Below, piece after piece: positions 28,257 through 33,535 of a DNA stretch of 33,535 nt. Position numbers and translations under genes: made by a program. Position 1 is the first letter of the stretch. Every line of letters starts with the position of its first letter. Below the pieces are notes generated by a model that worked only from the letters and a program-made list of their open reading frames with translations, made no database searches and had not been told where the DNA came from. Source of the stretch: an uncultured virus (IMG/VR IMGVR_UViG_3300011474_000007) (lineage: Duplodnaviria; Heunggongvirae; Uroviricota; Caudoviricetes); the IMG/VR virus record IMGVR_UViG_3300011474_000007, positions 124,001-157,535 of that record, one strand, 5' to 3'.

Positions 28257-28384
28257 TAATAATCAAGTCCTTTCTATTCTAAGTTTAACTTCTTTATAAA
28301 CTCTATAAACAATAATAATAATTCTAACATATTCCACTCCTGCGTTCAATTTGTATAATTAATTAAATTATTTTGTATTATATA

Positions 28385-28900
28385 TTAAAATAAACTTAAT
28401 TCATTCTTTAATTTATTTATATCGTTATCTAATACTTTTCTTTCCTCTAACATTTCCTTTAATTTCTCCTGTTTTTTCTGTAACATAAATTTTTTTAATT
28501 TTTCTTCTGTTTCCTCTTTAACTTGTTTTAATAGATTTTCATCTATATCTCCTTCTGAGATTTCTGCAAGTTCAACTGTTTTTATGATATTATAACCTTT
28601 TCTATAAATGTCAAAAATATTGTCATATTCGCTTATAAGTATTATCTTAAATTGTATATTATTATTTAAATAAATATTAATTTCTCCATCATCATAACCC
28701 CAACTATCTTTATTATAATCCAATTTATTAAATCCATTTTCAAGCATATTTTTAAACATCTCATTGTGATTATCTATATTTGCTATAATTAAATTGTAAT
28801 AATCAAATAAATCATTTTTATTACATTTTGCTTGTATTTTAATTACTTCAAATAATCTTTCTGTAAATTGATTTTTAACATATTGTAATTGATATTTCAT
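28385..28900 (-). CDS. Hypothetical protein with a C-terminal coiled coil
   Basis: SD AGGAGGG; co-oriented with neighbours. Confidence 0.7.
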   Translation of the reverse strand: MKYQLQYVKNQFTERLFEVIKIQAKCNKNDLFDYYNLIIANIDNHNEMFKNMLENGFNKLDYNKDSWGYDDGEINIYLNNNIQFKIILISEYDNIFDIYRKGYNIIKTVELAEISEGDIDENLLKQVKEETEEKLKKFMLQKKQEKLKEMLEERKVLDNDINKLKNELSLF

Positions 28901-28940
28901 TAAATTCCCTCCTAAAAGTTACGTGCTATAAAGTTATATA

Positions 28941-29120
28941 CTATTTAACATCGAATTTTGAGTATATGTCTATATTACAAATATCGTTATTTCCAATCTT
29001 TTCTTCTAATGCTTCTCTAATAACATTATCCAAAACTACTTTCGCATCATCTATTAAATTACTGTAATCCCCTTCATCTATCATAAGAAGTTTAATATCT
29101 GCTTCATATTTAACCTTCAT
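28941..29120 (-). CDS. 59-aa acidic hypothetical protein
   Basis: SD AAGGAGAGG, MKVKYEADIK...FDVK*; below track cutoff. Confidence 0.65.
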   Translation of the reverse strand: MKVKYEADIKLLMIDEGDYSNLIDDAKVVLDNVIREALEEKIGNNDICNIDIYSKFDVK

Positions 29121-29137
29121 ATACTATTACCTCTCCT

Positions 29138-29251
29138 TTATTCCATAATTTTATATGAATTACATTCTATATCTATTTTTCCCCTTAGTATTTGAATTTT
29201 CCAGATACTACTATCAAATACAAATTCTTTACCTTCACAATATTTACACAT
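29138..29251 (-). CDS. 37-aa CxxC-start peptide, possibly a truncated zinc-finger gene
   Basis: MCKYCEGKEF...KIME*; lacks a second Cys pair. Confidence 0.4.
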   Translation of the reverse strand: MCKYCEGKEFVFDSSIWKIQILRGKIDIECNSYKIME

Positions 29252-29284
29252 ATTTATCTCTTTCTATTTGAATTACGGCATAAA

Positions 29285-29323
29285 AAAATACCGCAAATTC
29301 ATTTTTGAATAATACGGTATTTT
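29285..29323. terminator. Palindromic terminator; inner arm is an inverted repeat of 32956-32973
   Basis: AAAATACCG...CGGTATTTT with A/T tails. Confidence 0.7.
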
Positions 29324-29404
29324 AATATATTGTTTCTATTACTTTTTAATTGCAATTTATCTAACTATGCTAATATAATCGAATATCTCTGAATCATAGT
29401 TATT

Positions 29405-30697
29405 CTAAATTAAAAATGTTGCATAAAGTGGAATTGACTTAATTCCATTTTCAAAACCAAAGTTTTTCCCAGATACTCTTATAGCATATTTAGGTTGATA
29501 TTTTTTTATATATTGTTGTAAACTCTTAGCCCTAACATGCTCTGCTGCTTTTACTTCTATTGGTATTATATATCCATCCTTATCTTGAATTAAAAAATCA
29601 ACCTCTGCATTTCCTTTTGACTCCCAATAATATGGTGTATATCCATTAGCATTTAAAGAAAAACAAACATAATTCTCTGTTAATGCCCCCTTAAAATCAT
29701 TAAATGCTATACTATCTGATAAAACTGCATTAGCTGGAATTCCAAATTTAGAGCATAAAAGACCTGTGTCAGTTATATATACCTTAAAGGAATTAAAATC
29801 GCTATACGCTGCTAAAGGCAATTTCCCCTCATTACACTTTGTACATTTTAAAATAACTCCTGAAGCTCTTAACCATTCTACAGGTGTTTCATATTCATGG
29901 GCTCTAGCCCCTGATTTTATTACTTTATATTGAAACTTTTTATTTTCTTTAGCTAATTGAGCAGGAATACTATTAAATGTAGCCATTATTCTAGTAGTTT
30001 CATGAGGTGTTGCATACTTGGCCATATCTGCCACATAAGAATCATTTATACTTTTTTGTGTTGCAAGAACAAAATCCAAATCTTTTTTATCAATATACTC
30101 TTTAACTGCAGCTGGCATTCCTCCAACTACTAAGTAAGTCTTATATAAATCCATAGCTTTATTATGCATTGATAACTCTATATCCTTCTCAAAGGATTCT
30201 TTTATAAGTTCTATTAATTTTTCTTCATTAACAGCCATTAAAAATTCTTCAAAGTCAAGTGGATATAAAGTTTTTAAATCAACTTTTCCGACTGGAAATG
30301 AATATTGATCTCTATTTACAGCTACTCCAAGAAGACTCCCTGCTGCAATTATATGATACTCATTTGCATTTTCATTAAAATACTTTAATGAAGTTAAGGC
30401 TCTTTCACAGGCCTGTATCTCGTCAAAGAAAATTAATGTTTTCTCTTTAAATATACTTTTCCCACTATTTATGGAAAGTTCTCTTATTATTCTCTCTGGT
30501 TCTAAATCCCTTTCAAATATTTTTATAAGTTCACTATTATTCTCAAAATTAAAATATACTACTGAATCATAATATTGTTTTCCAAAATATAAAGCAGAAT
30601 ATGTCTTACCAACTTGTCTAGCACCTTGTAAAATCAAGGGTTTTCTATTGGGGCTATTTTTCCAATCTATTAGCCATTTCATAACTTTTCGTTTCAT
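29405..30697 (-). CDS. AAA_14 ATPase with DUF4143 (PD-(D/E)xK-like) C-terminus
   Basis: GARQVGKT, FFDEIQ, VGGMP, DTGLL, EVDF...IPIEVK. Confidence 0.92.
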   Translation of the reverse strand: MKRKVMKWLIDWKNSPNRKPLILQGARQVGKTYSALYFGKQYYDSVVYFNFENNSELIKIFERDLEPERIIRELSINSGKSIFKEKTLIFFDEIQACERALTSLKYFNENANEYHIIAAGSLLGVAVNRDQYSFPVGKVDLKTLYPLDFEEFLMAVNEEKLIELIKESFEKDIELSMHNKAMDLYKTYLVVGGMPAAVKEYIDKKDLDFVLATQKSINDSYVADMAKYATPHETTRIMATFNSIPAQLAKENKKFQYKVIKSGARAHEYETPVEWLRASGVILKCTKCNEGKLPLAAYSDFNSFKVYITDTGLLCSKFGIPANAVLSDSIAFNDFKGALTENYVCFSLNANGYTPYYWESKGNAEVDFLIQDKDGYIIPIEVKAAEHVRAKSLQQYIKKYQPKYAIRVSGKNFGFENGIKSIPLYATFLI

Positions 30698-30922
30698 TTA
30701 ATGTTACCTCACTACATTTTTTATAATATAATCTTATATCTTTCCTACACTTTTATCAACTTAATAGTATTATATCCTCTTTTTATTCCATTAATTATTA
30801 TTTATAATAATCGACCTTAAATTACTATTGACCTGTATCTCTCATACAAATAATTTTTACATAATGTAAGCTAGAAAGCCACTATGCCTTCAGTCTAGTG
30901 GATGAATAGCCTTTTAATTCTT

Positions 30923-31324
30923 TTATCCTTGATTTTGTATATATTTTTCAATTGTTTCTTTCGATATTTGCCCTATGCTACAAGCAAAGTATCCATCTCC
31001 ACAAAATGTCTTTTCGTTCCAAAATTGTTTTTTTAGATATATATAATTCTTGTTTTGTCGCCATATTCTATAAGTAGACATTTGTTTAAATAATCTTACT
31101 AAATCTAAAATAGATTTTGTTGGTGGGTATTGAACTAATATATGAATATGGTCTTTATCAACTTCCATTTCTATAATATTCAGGTCTTTTTCTTTAGAAA
31201 TGTCATATAATATTTTCTTAATTTCATTACCATATTTTATTAATAATTTCTTTCTATACTTAACTGAAAATATTAAATGACACATTAATAAATGTTTTGA
31301 ATGATTTTGACTTATATAATCCAC
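30923..31324 (-). CDS. tnpA: IS200/IS605 HUH (Y1) transposase
   Basis: HLIFSVKYRK, DHIH, YIQNQ; GTG 31324 (track starts 31333). Confidence 0.93.
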   Translation of the reverse strand: MDYISQNHSKHLLMCHLIFSVKYRKKLLIKYGNEIKKILYDISKEKDLNIIEMEVDKDHIHILVQYPPTKSILDLVRLFKQMSTYRIWRQNKNYIYLKKQFWNEKTFCGDGYFACSIGQISKETIEKYIQNQG

Positions 31325-31370
31325 TATACCCACACTATTCCTTTATTAAATTTATAGGGCTTAATTAAAT

Positions 31371-32651
31371 CTATTCATTTAATCTTACATATTTCCCTTT
31401 ATTTTGAGTTCCTCTAACACTATAAACCTTTCCTTCGTATTTAATTAAGTCATTGGGCTGATAAAAATATTTACCCTTTCTTATTCTTCTTTGACCTTTA
31501 GATACTTTTTGTCCTCTGTATTTCTTTAAATTTTCATCATTTAAACTCTTATTTCTAGTTCTTCTGCCACAGTTTAATTCTCCACCACTAACCTTTCCTC
31601 CTGTTCTTATATCGATATATTTAGAGTCATAAAACATCTCTAAACTTCTATTATTTCTTCTTGATTGCTTAACTTCATATATTTCATTATTTCTTGATTG
31701 ATTAATTCCTTTAGCTATACAAAAAGCATCATTGTAGTGTGATTTCTCTATATTGTTCTGTATTCTATGATTTTTAGTTATATATCCATAAGTAAAATTT
31801 ATATTATTATATTTTTCTTTTAGCTCATTTACTAAATACCATCTAATCATACTCATAAAAGTAGCATCTTTAAATCCTCTGACTTTCTTTTCTTCTTGAC
31901 ACCAATCCCATAAAAATTTACCTTTCTTATGATTAGGTGAAGTATGACATTTTGAACATAAAGTTATTAAGTTATTGGCATTATCTGTTCCACCTAAACT
32001 TTTATATTTAATATGATGAACTTCTAATATTTTTTCTTTAGATTTATTCTTACAATTAGGATTTTGACATTTGTGCAAATCTCTATGAAGAATATACTCA
32101 CGCAAATTCCAAAAACCTATCATTTCACCTTGTTGATATTTTTCCCCTTGTATATCTGGATTCTTAATTTTTTTAATATCAAAATTAGCTATTTCTACAA
32201 CACATTTAGTTATTGGTAATATTGAATATAAATAATGAATAAATTTAATATGACTATCTAGTTTGTGTTGTAAACTAGGAGCTAACCAACCCTTTTGTTT
32301 TGATTTTGTTCTATTGTTCCATTTAGGTTTTCTATATCTCAATCTACTTCTTCTTTGTTTTCTATACATTTGTTTTTCTAATAATCTTTCCTTCATACCT
32401 TGAAGAAGTTTTAATTCACCAACTAACAATTCTCTTTTGTCTGTTATAGCACTAAAACCTATGTTATTATATCCTGAATCTATTCCTAATGTTATTTTTT
32501 GAGTATATTCAGTTTCAGTTTTGTAAGTTAATTGAATAGTAAAAGGTTTTGATTCTTCGACTTTTGCTTTATTATTTTTTAATAATATTCTAGCTTTAGC
32601 ATTAGATGTAGGCATAAGAGCTTTTCCATCAATCCCTATTACATAAACCAT
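31371..32651 (-). CDS. iscB: RNA-guided endonuclease IscB, with a frameshift near the C-terminus
   Basis: ALMPT (PLMP), RuvC-I LGIDSG, bridge helix RKQRRSRLRYR, RuvC-II VVE, HNH EVHHI...NL..LC..CH, RuvC-III HYNDA. Confidence 0.92.
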   Translation of the reverse strand: MVYVIGIDGKALMPTSNAKARILLKNNKAKVEESKPFTIQLTYKTETEYTQKITLGIDSGYNNIGFSAITDKRELLVGELKLLQGMKERLLEKQMYRKQRRSRLRYRKPKWNNRTKSKQKGWLAPSLQHKLDSHIKFIHYLYSILPITKCVVEIANFDIKKIKNPDIQGEKYQQGEMIGFWNLREYILHRDLHKCQNPNCKNKSKEKILEVHHIKYKSLGGTDNANNLITLCSKCHTSPNHKKGKFLWDWCQEEKKVRGFKDATFMSMIRWYLVNELKEKYNNINFTYGYITKNHRIQNNIEKSHYNDAFCIAKGINQSRNNEIYEVKQSRRNNRSLEMFYDSKYIDIRTGGKVSGGELNCGRRTRNKSLNDENLKKYRGQKVSKGQRRIRKGKYFYQPNDLIKYEGKVYSVRGTQNKGKYVRLNE

Positions 32652-32664
32652 AAAAATCAATCCT

Positions 32665-32909
32665 TCCAGATAATTTAACCTCACCTTACGGTGGTAAGTT
32701 CTCTTTGCTAATGTTATATAAGGTTTTATATCTTTAATACACTTGTCCTGCCATTAGAAATGTTTAATATTAAAGCGTAGTGTTCAAGACTAGAGAAGTA
32801 TCTTGAAGTACCTATATATTCTCATATAACGTAGTCATTTAAGACTTAAGCTAATCAACAAACTTGTTACTTAACAAGCCACTACCCTTTAGGGTAGTTG
32901 GCAGTTGAC
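32665..32909 (-). ncRNA. omegaRNA scaffold (HEARO-like)
   Basis: GTCAAC...GTTGATTAG...CTAAG-like...GACTACGTT...ATAACATT...ACCACCGTAAGGTG blocks directly upstream of iscB. Confidence 0.85.
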
Positions 32910-32938
32910 TTAAGGTTATTTCTCATTATTATGAATCA

Positions 32939-32947
32939 ATTATAACA
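32939..32947 (-). promoter_or_regulatory. Extended -10 promoter reading into guide + omegaRNA
   Basis: TGtTATAAT on the minus strand, ~30 nt upstream of the element end. Confidence 0.55.
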
Positions 32948-33013
32948 TATTTTGTAAATACCGCATTATTCAATTTTCAAAGAACATTTACTTATATTTC
33001 TTCTAATCTTCTT

Positions 33014-33043
33014 AAAGATAGGAATGAATTTAATCATCCCTAT
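33014..33043 (-). terminator. Terminator after dUTPase
   Basis: ATAGGGATGA-6nt-TCATTCCTAT then CTTT. Confidence 0.6.
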
Positions 33044-33534
33044 TATTTAACTCCTGTACTTCCTATACCGCCTCTATCTTCATTTCCTAAATCTTCTATC
33101 TCTACAAACTGTATTGTAGGCATTTTTTCTTGTATCCTAAATTGTCCCATTCTTTCACCTAATTCAATTTCACCATTTCTAGTAGCATAAAATATCATCA
33201 TCCATTCATCGTTATTACCACAATAAGATTCATCTATAATGCCTTGTGAATTAACTAATAATAAACCGTAATTTTTAAATGTACTGCTTCTTGGTAATAC
33301 ATACGCTTCATATCCTTCAGGTAATTCCATGCTAAATCCTAATTTTATTTTTAATACATCACCTTTATTATATGTAATTTTATTGCTATTGCTTTCTCTT
33401 TCTATTTTAGATTTTAATCCTTTAGTATTTTCAAATATTTCTACTCTACAAGCTCTAACATCTATCCAATCTCCCTTATCTATCTTTTTTAATTTCCAAT
33501 CCCCATTGTTATGATGATATTTAACTCTTACTTC
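33043..33534 (-). CDS. dut: Trimeric dUTPase (5' end outside window)
   Basis: Frame open to the window end with GDWIDVR; PRSS, GIIDESY, GQ, RGGIGSTG. Confidence 0.93.
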   Translation of the reverse strand, partial: EVRVKYHHNNGDWKLKKIDKGDWIDVRACRVEIFENTKGLKSKIERESNSNKITYNKGDVLKIKLGFSMELPEGYEAYVLPRSSTFKNYGLLLVNSQGIIDESYCGNNDEWMMIFYATRNGEIELGERMGQFRIQEKMPTIQFVEIEDLGNEDRGGIGSTGVK

Positions 33535-33535
33535 T

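Larger units (their letters stand above)
30861..32909 (-). mobile_element. IS200/IS605-family element with omegaRNA-iscB-tnpA
   Basis: Starts GTCAAC (minus, 32909); subterminal hairpins at 32876-32902 and 30876-30902, both beginning AAGCCACTA on +; lower boundary inferred. Confidence 0.85.

Noticed and set aside
18224..33514. Plus-strand ORFs 18224, 18740, 22705, 23812, 24319, 25901, 33329
   Set aside because: Antisense to the RusA-like gene, thyX, topoisomerase genes, small ORFs and dut
1..33535. CRISPR array, tRNA, rRNA
   Set aside because: No regularly spaced repeats or cloverleaf/rRNA-like stretches seen

Overview
Very AT-rich, Clostridium-like mobile replicon (large prophage or phage-plasmid; host assignment is inference from composition, SD motifs and gene families). 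Three parts. (1) + strand, 1-8.7 kb: end of a holin-like gene, six virion/adhesin-like genes (four share a KYLIKQ-type junction motif), a dif-like site, a XerC/D-like recombinase and an HNH gene. (2) - strand accessory island, about 8.7-18 kb, with defence-type genes: a SEFIR/TIR domain joined to a NACHT-like STAND NTPase only by a -1 shift at an A9 run, a split PD-(D/E)xK nuclease-TPR gene, a large HEPN-like protein, a small ORF and a TIR protein. The island also holds two related ~50-nt hairpins and a 38-bp direct repeat. (3) - strand DNA/nucleotide-metabolism module: RusA-like, thyX, gmk-like, adenine methylase, divergent type IIA topoisomerase A/B, tdk, nucleotidase pseudogene, nucleoside deoxyribosyltransferase and dut. 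It is interrupted by an inverted-repeat-flanked ATPase cassette carrying an IS200/IS605 element with tnpA, iscB and omegaRNA. No CRISPR array, tRNA or rRNA seen. All calls are by-eye motif recognition without database searches.
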